Origin: Ranitomeya imitator
Lineage: Eukaryota
DNA length: 64,000 nt
Direction of reading: 5' to 3'
Assembly (NCBI RefSeq): GCF_032444005.1
Contig: NC_091286.1
Span: forward strand, 130,076,001-130,140,000
Shown in pieces: positions 48,488 through 60,735 of the stretch. The position numbers and the translations under genes were made by a program. Within the stretch, counting starts at the first letter, position 1, and each line of letters starts with the position of its first letter. The notes under the pieces are model-generated. The model ran no database searches. It was not told the origin of the DNA and was given only the letters and a program-made list of their open reading frames with translations.

Positions 48488-50295
48488 TTTTTATGGAATA
48501 CTGTAACACATGTACATAAAACACAGGAGAATACTTTTAGAGGACACACATGATGCACAAAGCAAATACAGATGTAATACATTTTGCTTGAAGAAAAAAC
48601 AACTAAATACATCACTGGTTGTATAGACAATCACAGCAGTGGCGGTCTAAAAGATCCGGACTGGTGTTCCGTGAGTCACGTTCAGGAGATGCAATAGACT
48701 GTGAGCGTGTATAGGAAAAAAGTGAGAGTAACGAGACCATCTCGGGTGACTGAGCGAGTAGGTAGCATGATGACCACCCCCAAAGGATACAGAGAGTGCG
48801 GTGACCCCCCAAGGCATGGGGTCACCAGGCTGAGGTGCAAGGTAAGGTGCCTAAAAATATAAAAAACACGTACATATGAGTACACACACTAATGCCAATG
48901 TATAAGTATCGTCTAGTGATACTGAGCAGAAAGGTCCGTTAGGCTAATAAACCAATCCTAATGTGTGACCACCTAGAGCCTAGGCCAGTCAGTACAGGGG
49001 ATATCTGTCTGTACATACGTAGTGCCAAAAAGTGTGCCCCGAGTAGTATGAGTCCGAATGCCCCAATGTAATACCTGGAAGACGTAAACAATATATGGAG
49101 GCAATCAGAGGGGCCAGCGTCAGATAGGTACCGGGACCAGAAAGCGCCTAGAACAAAACAGTAGGAGGGAGGACTATGACATGTAGTCTAATATGAGCGT
49201 ACTAGTATGAAGCAGGGACGCGCTCCTACTACAACCGCCATTACCTGAGAGTCTGGAGGAAGAGGAGAGGAGAAAGCGCTGTACGGGGCGAGATGCTCGC
49301 AGGGGCAGTAGCGCTGTAGGAGAGAAGGAGCAAGACGTAAATGACAGGGTCCAGGAGGGGTCGGGAGAGCCGAGCGCTGCTACAGGCGGACAAGACTGAT
49401 ACCTGGGTGCTCAGAGGACATCGGCGCCGATCTGCAGAGGTCGCAAGGTTCCCGGGACTGGTGGCAGGCAGCGGCACTTCCGGGTTTTAAGTGCGCGCTG
49501 CCCGCTGGTCACCTGACCCATCGCGTCACCAGAGACACGTGACCGGGTAGGTGGCGCGTGCGCAGTAAGAAGACCGGCCAGAGACGCACTGGAGAAGGAT
49601 GTCATACCTACGGCGCCTGCGCGCAAGGGGGAGAGCCCTCCGGCTCTGTGTGTGAGCGTAGTAGCTGTGTGTAGGCAGGGCTGCAACGTAGGGCAAACGG
49701 GACAGTGAAGGGAACACCTAGTCAGAGCGATGAGGCTGCAGAGCAAGGTTAAGGATGAAGTGGGGAGGCACTTAGTACGAGAAATGAACTGACCATGACA
49801 CAGAGAGAGGGGCCCTATATGGTGGTCACACAAAGGGGTGATAAAGAGACGTGGAAAACACTCTCTATCAAAAGATGGCATAGTGCAGAAATACTGTACC
49901 ATATGGGATAAGACCGGTGCTCAGTGCGTGAGGTGTGATTAGCGATTCTGTAGAAAAAGGACAAGAAACAGTTAAAAAACATAGCACAACCAGTCAGAGG
50001 TCAACGCATCTAATAAATGTGCTAAACAACATACACAGTATATTACAAAAAAGCTGTAATATTCTGTCCACCCTGTGAAACTGTGATTTGGGTATGGAGT
50101 TCTTAATGGAGGGTGGGTGGCAGCTGGTAAAGTGCAAAAGACCATTGCGATCTGTCGGTTTTGTAAACAAATCAATAGCCAAGTGACCCTCCCTCTCCTT
50201 GTATACCAGGGTGTCCAGAAAGCTAATCCTATGCGTGTCCTGTTGTATATATCATCGATATATCTCCGCTAAACCCTACAGTGAGTGTTGTTGGG

Positions 50296-51516
50296 CAACA
50301 ACAAGGCACAGCAATGGGCGCGAACGTAGCGCCCCCTTACGCTATTGCATACATGGCGGCCTTTGAAAGTGATTTTGTATATAATCATCCCCTATTCATA
50401 GCTCACTGTAGGGTTTGGCGGAGATATATCGATGATATATTTTGCGTATGGGATGGTCCTATTGAATCACTACTGTCGTTTGACCAACACATCAACAGTA
50501 TCTGGCCTGAACTCAAATTCTCTATACAACAGGACACGCATAGGATTAGCTTTCTGGACACCCTGGTATACAAGGAGAGGGAGGGTCACTTGGCTATTGA
50601 TTTGTTTACAAAACCGACAGATCTCAATGGTCTTTTGCACTTTACCAGCTGCCACCCACCCTCCATTAAGAACTCCATACCCAAATCACAGTTTCACAGG
50701 GTGGACAGAATTGTCTCCGATGAAAATATTAAAAAGACTAGGCTGACAGAGATGGAACATAAATTTACTGATAGGGGCTATCCCCATGGGGTACTGACAG
50801 ATGCCAGACGGAATTTATCACACAGCAAACCCAAGGATAATCGAAAGAGAATCCCCTTTGTTTCCACTTTCCACCCTTTCTCTGGCCTGGTACAGTCTAC
50901 CATTAGGAGACATTGGAACATCTTAACCAAAAGTTACCCTACAATTGCAGAGTTCCAAGTGCCTTTCCTCTCATGCTTCAAACGAGCTAGGAACCTTAAG
51001 GATAGGCTAGTTAAGGCAGATGTTGGCCCGGGCACGATGGTCCCCAAACAAACATTCCTACAAACCCAGAGACGTGGTACATTCCCTTGCTTAAAATGTC
51101 TCCAGTGCAGCAACGTACAAAAGGGGCCCTCGGTATTTCACCCACAGACTGGCAAAGCCATTCCCATAAGAGGCTTTTACACCTGTGAGTCCACTCTTGT
51201 AGTCTATCTTATTAAATGCCCTTGTGGTCTGGCCTATGTGGGCGAGACCACACAAACAGTGAGGGATAGGGTGGCCCAACATAAATCCACCATCCGATGC
51301 AACAAAACGCACCTCCCCCTCCCATACCATTTTTCCACAAAGAATCACAGCATCTCCCAACTCCGGTTCCAGGTTCTGGAACAGGTCGACATCCCAAGGA
51401 GGGGCCAAAACCGTACCAAGTTGCTCCAAAAGAGGGAAGCATATTGGATTTACACACTACAGACTTTAGAACCAAAGGGATTAAACAGGGATTACGATGT
51501 CTCAGCTTTTTTGTAA
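50296..51516 (+). CDS. 5'-truncated PLE reverse transcriptase C-terminus plus GIY-YIG endonuclease (frame uninterrupted)
   Basis: QGTAMGANVAP, RYIDDIF, ISFLDT, FTKPTD...LHFTSCHP, CLKCLQC, VVYLIKCPCGLAYVGET, RVAQH, REAYWI..LQTLEPKGLN. The GTG at 50281 used by the ORF track comes from the rearranged junction. Confidence 0.92.
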   Translation, partial: QQQGTAMGANVAPPYAIAYMAAFESDFVYNHPLFIAHCRVWRRYIDDIFCVWDGPIESLLSFDQHINSIWPELKFSIQQDTHRISFLDTLVYKEREGHLAIDLFTKPTDLNGLLHFTSCHPPSIKNSIPKSQFHRVDRIVSDENIKKTRLTEMEHKFTDRGYPHGVLTDARRNLSHSKPKDNRKRIPFVSTFHPFSGLVQSTIRRHWNILTKSYPTIAEFQVPFLSCFKRARNLKDRLVKADVGPGTMVPKQTFLQTQRRGTFPCLKCLQCSNVQKGPSVFHPQTGKAIPIRGFYTCESTLVVYLIKCPCGLAYVGETTQTVRDRVAQHKSTIRCNKTHLPLPYHFSTKNHSISQLRFQVLEQVDIPRRGQNRTKLLQKREAYWIYTLQTLEPKGLNRDYDVSAFL

Positions 51517-53074
51517 TATACTGTGTATGTTGTTTAGCACATTTATTAGATGCGTTGACCTCTGTTGACTGGTTGTGCTATGTTTTTTAACTGTTTCTTG
51601 TCCTTTTTCTACAGAATCGCTAATCACACCTCACGCACTGAGCACCGGTCTTATCCCATACGGTACAGTATTTCTGCACTATGCCATCTTTTGATAGAGA
51701 GTGTTTTCCACGTCTCTTTATCACCCCTTTGTGTGACCACCATATAGGGCCCCTCTCTCTGTGTCATGGTCAGTTCATTTCTCGTACTAAGTGCCTCCCC
51801 ACTTCATCCTTAACCTTGCTCTGCAGCCTCATCGCTCTGGCTAGATGTTCCCTTCACTGTCCCGTTTGCCCTACGTTGCAGCCCTGCCTACACACAGCTA
51901 CTACGCTCACACACAGAGCCGGAGGGCTCTCCCCCTTGCGCGCAGGCGCCGTAGGTATGACATCCTTCTCCAGTGAGTCTCTGGCCGGTGTTCTTACTGC
52001 GCACGCGCAACCTACCCGGTCACGTGTCTCTGGTGACGCGATGGGTCAGGTGACCAGCGGGCAGCGCGCACTTAAAACCCGGAAGTGCCGCTGCCTGCCA
52101 CCAGTCCCGGGAACCTTGCGACCTCTGCAGATCGGCGCCGATGTCCTCTGAGCACCCAGGTATCAGTCTTGTGCGCCTGTAGCAGCGCTCGGCTCTCCCG
52201 ACCCCTCCTGGACCCTGTCATTTACGTCTTGCTCCTTCTCTCCTACAGCGCTACTGCCAGTGCGAGCATCTCGCCCCGTACAGCGCTTTCTCCTCTCCTC
52301 TTCCTCCAGACTCTCAGGTAATGGTGGTTGTAGTAGGAGCGCGTCCCTGCTTCATACTAGTACGCTCATATTAGACTACATGTCATAGTCCTCCCTCCTA
52401 CTGTTTTGTTCTAGGCGCTTTCTGGTCCCGGTACCTATCTGACGCTGGCCCCTCTGATTGCCTCCATATATTGTTTACGTCTTCCAGGCATTACATTGAG
52501 GCATTCGGACTCATACTACTCGGGGCACACTTTTTGGCACTACGTATGTACAGACAGATATCCCCTGTACTGACTGGCCTAGGCTCTAGGTGGTCACACA
52601 TTAGGATTGGTTTATTAGCCTAACGGACCTTTCTGCTCAGTATCACTAGACGATACTTATACATTGGCATTAGTGTGTGTACTCATATGTACGTGTTCTT
52701 TATATTTTTAGGCACCTTACCTTGCACCTCAGCCTGGTGACCCCATGCCTTGGGGGGTCACCGCACTCTCTGTATCCTTTGGGGGTGGTCATCATGCTAC
52801 CTACTCGCTCAGTCACCCGAGATGGTCTCGTTACTCTCACTTTTTTCCTATACACGCTCACAGTCTATTGCATCTCCTGAACGTGACTCACGGAACACCA
52901 GTCCGGATCTTTTAGACCGCCACTGCTGAGATTGTCTATACAACCAGTGATGTATTTAGTGGTTTTTTCTTCGAGCAAAATGTATTACATCTGTATTTGC
53001 TTTGTGCATCATGTGTGTCCTCTAAAAGTATTCTCCTGTGTTTTATGTACATGTGTTACAGTATTCCATAAAAA

Positions 53075-53122
53075 CTACTTCTGATGAAGGTCTGTTGTTA
53101 AGACCGAAAACGTTTAAGTTGG
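53075..53122 (+). ncRNA. Minimal type-I hammerhead ribozyme motif in the PLE 3' repeat
   Basis: ctactt-CTGATGA-aGGTC(tgttgttaa)GACC-GAAA-acgttt-aagttg: core boxes, stem II, palindromic stem III (AAACGTTT), stem I actt/aagt. Confidence 0.75.
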
Positions 53123-53548
53123 ACAGTTGGAACTGGATGCACTGAATAAACTGATTTCTTATCTTGCAACACAATCTCCTGAGTGCCAAGTAATTTGTTA
53201 CTTATATTTGCAATATAAGTTTGCACTTACACAGCAATTAAGTTGCCATCAAAATAAGTAATACATATCTAATTAAACATTATGCATTCATATACATTTT
53301 AATGTAGGTCAAAATTCCTGACTAGTGAATCAGTAAGCCAATACACAAGTAAACCATTAATGATATAATTTAGGAAGCTCGGAGTTAATCAAAACTCACA
53401 TACTGTGATAGAAACTGTCACTCAGATTGATGACTAAAGGTTTCCATTTCTGCATATGTCATTCAACCATCCAAGGCAATGAAGTCTGACAAGAATAACT
53501 GATCATGTGGGAAGTTGAGTGTCACCGAGAAGAATTAGTGAAAATTAT

Positions 53549-53785
53549 TAGTGATGAGCGAATATGCTCGTTACTCGAGATTTCGCGAGCATGCTCGGGG
53601 CTCCTCCGAGTTTTTATTAGTGCTCGGAGATTTAGTTTTTCTTGCCGCAGCTGAATGTTTTACATCTGTTAGCCAGCATAAGCACATGTGGGGGTTGCCT
53701 GGCTGCTAGGGAATCTCCACATGTAATCAAGCTGGCTAACAGATGTAAATCATTCAGCTGCGGCAAGAAAAACAATCTCCGAGCA

Positions 53786-53823
<38 letters not shown>

Positions 53824-53898
53824 TACACAAGGAGGAAACCTCCCCCCCCCGAGCATGCCCGAGAAATCTCGAGTAACGAGTATATTTGTTCATCACTA
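53549..53898. mobile_element. hAT-type MITE
   Basis: tagtgatgagcgaa...ttgttcatcacta TIRs with an 8-bp TSD AAAATTAT. Confidence 0.92.
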
Positions 53899-54715
53899 AA
53901 AATTATGAATGTTAGGAATTTTCAAAATGAAAAAAAAGAAACAAGAAGGTACCAGTTAAACTGTTAGACATTGGCCGATTGCTAAAATAAACCCTTTCAT
54001 TAGAAGTACAATAATCTAGAACAAAACGAGTCACCGACTGGTATAAGTAGAGGACCTTGCCCGCGAGGGCTCACATTCTACAAGGGATGGGTGAGAATAC
54101 AGTAGGGGAGGATAGGGCTGGTCATGCAGCGACAGATAGTGGAATGTAGGTTACTGCATGCTGTACACTTGTCAGAAGAGGTAGGTCTTCAGGTTCCTTT
54201 TGATGGTTTCTACAGTAGGCAAGAGTCTGATCTGTTGGGGTAGAGTTCCACAGTGCGAGGCAGAGAAGAAATCTTGTATGCGACTGTAGACAGTAAGGGA
54301 GGGGAGTAGAGAAAGATCTTGTGAGGATCGGAGATTGCATGCAGGCAAGTATTGGCAGACAAGATCAAAGATGTATGGCAGAGACCTGTTGTAGATGTTT
54401 TGTACGCCATGGTTAGGGTTTTGAACTGAAGTCTCTGGGTAATGGAGAACTAGTGAACGGCTTGACAGAGGAGAAGGTGGAATAACAGAGGGGATAGGTG
54501 GATTAGTCAAGCAATGGAGTTTAGGATAGATTGGAGGGGTGGAAGAGTGTTACAAGGGAGGCGATAAAAGCAGGAGGTTGCAGTAGTCGAGACTGGGAGA
54601 TTATGGTGGCATGCACTATGGTTCTTGCAGATTCTTGGTAAAGGAATATGCAGATCTGGGAAGTTTTTGAGTGCCAATCGGCAGGAATTAGAAAGGGCTT
54701 GGATATCTGGTTTAA

Positions 54716-54842
54716 GGGCTCATACGCACAGGAGCGGAGCATGCGGCTGCATGTATTGCTACGCGGCCGCACGCTCCGCTCCCGAGTGCCGTGTATTGAC
54801 GTGCGAGACTCATCCGAGTTTGTCGCATGTGAGTATGAGCCC
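54716..54842. mobile_element. Short Harbinger-type MITE
   Basis: gggctcatacgcaca...tgtgagtatgagccc; TAA/TTA flanks. Confidence 0.8.
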
Positions 54843-54851
54843 TTAGAGTAA

Positions 54852-55552
54852 AGGTACCTTCACACTCAGCGACGCTGCAGCGATACCGACAACGATGTCG
54901 ATCGCTGCAGCGTCGCTGTTTGGTCGCTGGAGAGCTGTCACACAGACCGCTCTCCAGCGACCAACGATGCCGGTAACCAGGGTAAACATCGGGTTACTAA
55001 GCGCAGGGCCGCGCTTAGTAACCCGATGTTTACCCTGGTTACCATCATAAAAGTAAAAAAAAAACACTACATACTTACCTTCCGCTGTCTGTCCCCGGCG
55101 CTGTGCTTTCCTGCACTGACTGTGCACGGCGGCCGGAAAGCAGAGCGGTGACGTCACCGCTGTGCTTTCCGGCTGGCCGGCGCTCACAGCCAGTGCAGAG
55201 AAGCAGAGCGCCGGGGACAGACACCGGAATGTAAGTATGTAGTGTTTGTTTTTTTAACTTTTACGCTGGTAACCAGGGTAAACATCGGGTTACTAAGCGC
55301 GGCCCTGCGCTTAGTAACCTGATGTTTACCCTGGTTACCAGTGAAGACATCGCTGAATCGGCGTCACACACGCCGATTCAGCGATGTGTGCAGGGAGTCC
55401 AGCGACGAAATAAAGTTCTGGACTTTCTGCAGCGACCAACGACATCACAGCAGGATCCTGATCGTTGCTGCGTGTCAAACTGAAAGATATCGCTAGCCAG
55501 GACGCTGCAACGTCACAGATCGCTAGCGATATCGTTCAGTGTGACGGTACCT
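54852..55552. mobile_element. Harbinger-type foldback MITE
   Basis: aggtaccttcacact...agtgtgacggtacct; TAA/TTA flanks; two roughly 75-bp perfect hairpins (ggtaaccagggtaaacatcgggttactaagcgc...). Confidence 0.85.
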
Positions 55553-57321
55553 TTAGATCAGAGTCAAGGGTTACCCCGAAGCAGCGAGCAGCCATAGACT
55601 TTGAAAGATAAGTTTGTTTGATTAGCAATGAAGTGATCAGGCCCAGATAGGTAAATCTGTGTGTCATCAACATAGAGGAAATATTGAAAGCCGTGGGACT
55701 GAGCTGTCCATGGCCAAAAAGGTGTAGACAAGAAAAGCAGGGGTCCTATAACTCAACCTTAGGGGACACCAACAAATAGAGGGAGAGATCAGGAGAATGT
55801 ATGGGAGATGCTGAATGTCTGGTCTGTTAGGTATGAGGAAATCCAAGATAGGGCCAAGTTTGATGCCAAAAGATGAGAGAACCTGCAATAAGAGGGAATG
55901 GTCCACTGTGTCAAAGGCAGAGGACAGGTTCAGGAAGAGTAGGACAGTAGTGTCATTTGGATTTGGCGGTTAGTAGGTAATTGGCGACTTTAGCCAGGGC
56001 AGTTTCAGTGGAATAATGTGGTTGGCAGTGATCAATGAGAAAGTGGACAGGTTGTTCCAGTAGTTTTTAGGCATGGGGAGTGATGACAGAGGATGGGTCG
56101 AGGGACGGTTGAGAATGGGTGTGATTGAAGCATGAGGGGAAGATAAGTTGTTAGGGACAGGTTGAGGAGATGGAAAGATGGGTTACGGTTGAGATGAAGA
56201 CTGGCAAGGTTTGGGATGAGGTGGGATGGGCTCCGGTCAAGTGCACAGGTGGCAAGATGTGACCTGTAGAGTAGAGACGAAAGCTGCTCTTCTGTAATGG
56301 CGGAGAAGATGGTTTTGGAGGAGGGCTGAGTAGTTCTGAGGAGAGGCTGTGGGGACTATAGGCAAAAAGCTTTGATTTTATTCTTCTGCTTGAAGAATGA
56401 GAAAGTCTTCAGCTGATATGAGAGGGAGGAGGTGCTGGGGGGAGAAAATTGAAAGTGTTGAATATCTGTTAAAGGTTGTGAGATAGGGAGGATACAGGAG
56501 CTGAGAAGTAGGTTTGTTCTGCTGCAGTGAGTGTGGACTTTAAAGTAGTGAGGGACTGTTTGAATGTGATGAAGTGCTCATTGGAATGGGATCTTTTCCA
56601 TCTCCGCCCAGCCACCCTGGAAGGGTTCATTACTCACAGGATTCTCAGTGGTCATGTTTTTAGATTGCTCTGCATTTTTACTTTTAATCAAGGGGTCATT
56701 GAACACAGACCACAAAAAGTAGCATCAGCTGTCTCATCTCTGGAACAATATGAAAATTTGAAAACAGGGCTGTGGAGTTGAAGCCCTTTTGGTGGAGTCG
56801 GAATAAAATGAACCGACTAAAATATATAATAAATTGGGTACAGTAGTTCAATGCAGTTTGTCGGAAATATTTTTTTTTCCTTAAGAATTTGGGAAAGTTA
56901 TGAAATGTCCTATAAATGTCTGTCCTATTCCTGATTTAAGGTCTAGACTTTTAGCTGAGATGAATCTGTGCTGCAGTTTATGTTCATGATAAGTAGTGAA
57001 GCTCCTCTACAGATAAGGGGAAAAAAGAAAAACACGGGGAAGGAAAGCCTACATTCATCTCAGAATTTCTGGAGTGAACAAGAAAGCAGGATTAAAGAAG
57101 GCAAGTACTTCATAAAGCATATCTAAACTTTCAATAACTGTGCATATATCAATAGTCCAGTATATGTTGTCTCTGTATGCTTGATGTTTTAGTTTGTTTT
57201 TCCTCTTAGCTCATGTTTGGAGAAATTAGCTGCTCTGATGACTTATGTACACTATACATAGAATATAAGGGAAAAAAATGGTTTCTAACATCTCAAATTG
57301 GGAAATACAGTAACAGGATCG

Positions 57322-57322
<1 letters not shown>

Positions 57323-57375
<53 letters not shown>
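57323..57375. repeat. (GT)n microsatellite
   Basis: About 26 units. Confidence 0.95.
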
Positions 57376-57376
<1 letters not shown>

Positions 57377-58048
57377 GGTTCAGCTCAAACATACTCCCTC
57401 TCTCCCTGCTCCCCTCTTCAGACTGAAGAAATATGATTTGGAGCATTTAGTGAGCTGTACCCTGAGACAAGCCTTGACATTGAGAGTTCAGAGTAGAGCC
57501 ATTTACAACACATTTTACAAACTTTATGCTTATCTGTCCTATTTGTTCCGGTTTTATTTCAATCCCAAATTATACAGTGCACGATTCCCTATTCTTGCAA
57601 GAATTTCAATATATTTTAATTTATTTATTTTTTTAAACAGGACAAAATTTTGAGAGCAAATTTACATAATTACAAAAAGGCCAAAGAAGCATCTTATGAA
57701 GTCAGCTGTTATTTGAGCATTTCAGTGTGACTCAAGATAATAAACTTTGTGTGTGTGTGTGTCAGTGTATAAGAGACCCAAGAGCTTCCAATCTAAAAAG
57801 ACATTTACAACACTGCCACCCAGAAGTTTGCAAAGCTGTGACTGAAAATGATCACAGCAGCACCAAGAAACCAGAGACCAACACTTCTCGCCAGGCAAAG
57901 GAGGAGGAAAGAGCGTCTCAAACATCAGTTACAAGATATTTTGTAAGTGACAAAGTTACTGTAACAATGACAGCAGATATGTTTAAAAGACAGCTCATCA
58001 AGCTTGTTGTGAAGGACTGTGTACCATTATCATTATTTGCATGACCAG

Positions 58049-58808
58049 TAGTGTTGAGCATTCCGATACCGCAAGTATCGGGTATCGGCTGATACTTGCG
58101 GTATCGGAAGTCCGATACCGAGATCCGATACTTTTGTGATATCGGGTATCGGTATTGGATCAATAGGGATGTGTAAAAGAATTAAAATAAAAAATATTGA
58201 TATGCTCACCTCTCCGGCGGCCCCTGGACATCACGCTGGTAACCGGCCGGCTTCTTTGTTTAAAATGAGCGCCTTCAGGACCTGCAAATGACGTCGCGGG
58301 TTCTGATTGGTCGCGTGCCGCCCATGTGACCGGCACGCGACCAATCAGAAGCCGCGACGTCATTCTCATTCACAAAACTCCTAATTCTCGGAATTAAGGA
58401 CCTGCGAATGACGTCGCGGCTTCTGATTGGTCGCGTGCCGGTCACATGGGCGGCACGCGACCAATCAGAACACGCGACGTCATTCGCAGGTCCTGAAGGC
58501 GCTCATTTTAAACAAAGAAGCCAGCCGGTTACCAGCGTGATGTCCAGGGGCCGCCGGAGAGGTGAGCATATCAATATTTTTTATTTTAATTCTTTATTTT
58601 ACACATCCCTATGGATCCCAGGGCCTGAAGGAGAGTTTCCTCTCCTTCAGACCCTGGGAACCATGAGAATACCTTCCGATACTTGATGTCCCATTGACTT
58701 GTATTGGTATCGGATATCGGTATCGGCGATATCTGATATTTTTCGGGTATCGGCCGATACTATCCGATACCGATACTTTCAAGTATCGGACGGTATCGCT
58801 CAACACTA
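58049..58808. mobile_element. hAT-type foldback MITE inside the hAT transposase
   Basis: tagtgttgagc...gctcaacacta with an exact 8-bp TSD ATGACCAG; subterminal ccgata repeats; inverted internal arms. Confidence 0.93.
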
Positions 58809-59302
58809 ATGACCAGCTTTTACAGCTCTTAATGGAGAAATGGCTAGCAAACTTGGTGTTTCTCTGGAAAGAGAAAGTATTTGACAATCAGTGATTGAAG
58901 AAGCCCTTAACCAAAAGGAAGATCTTAAAGAGACTCAAGAGATGCTTTGTATTTCTTAAAATGGATGCCTGTACACTTCAGAGTGAACTATTTTGCAATC
59001 AACGTTGGATATGTTTGTGACAACAACAAAAAAAAAAAAAATTGTTACCAAGACACTGGCAGTAAAAGATACTAAATCTCATCACAGCAGCCAGTTTCTC
59101 CAGACTGTTGTGGAAAAAGTTTTACAAGATTATGCACTCCAAAAAGAACAGGTTCTTGCTATTGAAACTGATAATGCTTCAAACATAAGTACAATTAAAC
59201 TGATGAATGAGAATAATGAAGGTGAACAGCAGCTAGAAGAACATTTCACATTCAGTATGTTGGAGGCCACAATCCTGTTCCCATAACGGAGGAACAAACA
59301 TT

Positions 59303-60073
59303 GATAGAAAAGAAGAGTTGAGTGGGCACCACTACAAATACATGACCTAAATCAAAGGGAAGGTGCAACTAATGCGCCAAAAAGCATGCATGGAGAAAAG
59401 AGAAAGAAGCGCAAATAAAGTGCACACACAACCCATATAAAGTGAACACGGCTTTTGTTGAGACCAAAAAAGTGCTAACAAGACATAAAAACATTTAAAA
59501 ACGCATGTAAAAAACATAGCCAAACAACAATAGCACCCCCTATATGTGAAGATGCAAATCAAGCAGAGTCAAGGGAATAAATAAGCCCAAAGAAGATCTC
59601 GAGTAGTAATAATCCATAAATAAGAGTAAAGATAAAATACACACCCACCAAATGCTCAAGTGGAGAAAACCCTTTAAGCCTAAAGGCTAAAGATATTCAA
59701 TGGACAATATCGCCACATAGTGGCTTATGAAGAGGAATAATATTCTGGAGGATTTGCCTTACACTGGCTTCCTTTTGCCCTAAATCTACCCTTTTGTAAG
59801 TAATGGGTGACTCTGATCGGTTTCTTATTTTGGTTCTATTTTAAAGATTTGGTATCCTTGATTGTTGGTTCTGTTAGTTTGGTTCCTATGTCTACCTGGG
59901 TGGGGGGGGGGAGGGGGTTTTTAAATAGCTCTATTGTTTAACTATAGGCCATATGTGCGTTTTTAAATGTTTTTATGTCCTGTTCGCACTTATTTGGTCT
60001 CAACGAAAGCAGTGTTCACTTTATATGGGTTGTGTGTGCACTTTATTTGCGCTCCTTTCTCTCTTTTCTCCAT
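59303..60073. mobile_element. Inverted-arm retro-insertion, probable Penelope-like remnant
   Basis: 15-bp TSD GGAGGAACAAACATT (59288-59302, 60074-60088); inverted arms about 59389-59505 and 59956-60074. Confidence 0.6.
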
Positions 60074-60735
60074 GGAGGAACAAACATTACTACAGAAGAA
60101 CAGCAAAAAATTCTTTACAATTGGATGATCTTGTTGAAGCGGCTTCACACTTCTTTCCTATTCATCACATGCGTTGTGTTGTGCAAACGCTGCAGCTGGC
60201 AATAAGAGATAGTCTGCAAAAGGGACATGCTGGAACTCTGATTAGCAAAGTGAGGAAATTGGCTATTGCTGCCAGAACCCCTAAAATTGATTCCATCTTG
60301 AAGAGACGTGCTGGTAAAAGGGGCAATTGTGGATCAAGACACTCGGTGGGGCAGCACCTATTTAATGATTGAGCAATTGCTTGAGCTGAAACCCTTCCTT
60401 GAAGATATGGCCAATCCTTAGGTAACACAACATGAAGATCAATGGACACAGGTGGCTGAATTGAAGGAATTGCTTCATCACCCATTTACAGTGATTAAAA
60501 AAAGTTACAAGTTGAGTATTTTACTCCTGGCATTTTAATAACTTGTTGCTTTGCCTGTCCCAAAGAGGAGATTTAATCGCAGATGGCATTGCTGCTTCAA
60601 TGAAGCAGAGAGAGACACGGCTATTAGAAAACATAATTCTTCTGGCAGCTGTTTATGTGGACCAGAGTCATCATATATTGCTGGATGATTAACAGCTTAC
60701 TAAAGGAAAAGAAGCTTTGATTGAGGGAGCAGTTA

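Larger units (their letters stand above)
48290..53201 (+). mobile_element. Penelope-like element with an inverted duplicate (giant palindrome)
   Basis: 17-19-bp TSD TTATATTTGCAATATAAGT (48271-48289, 53202-53220); arm 48358-50056 is the reverse complement of 51503-53204; RT-GIY-YIG ORF; hammerhead motif. Confidence 0.93.
54010..56590 (-). mobile_element. Decayed L2 LINE interrupted by two MITEs
   Basis: SRLLQPPAF/LDYCN-like, DHSLLLQVLSSFG and HLATCALD-like segments; 3' end near 54010. Confidence 0.85.

Noticed and set aside
49241-52880. Duplicated 156-163-aa and 67-78-aa ORFs in both PLE arms
   Set aside because: They are identical only because of the inverted duplication. They are low-information frames in the PLE 3' repeat; a short spliced 5' ORF part cannot be excluded but is unsupported.
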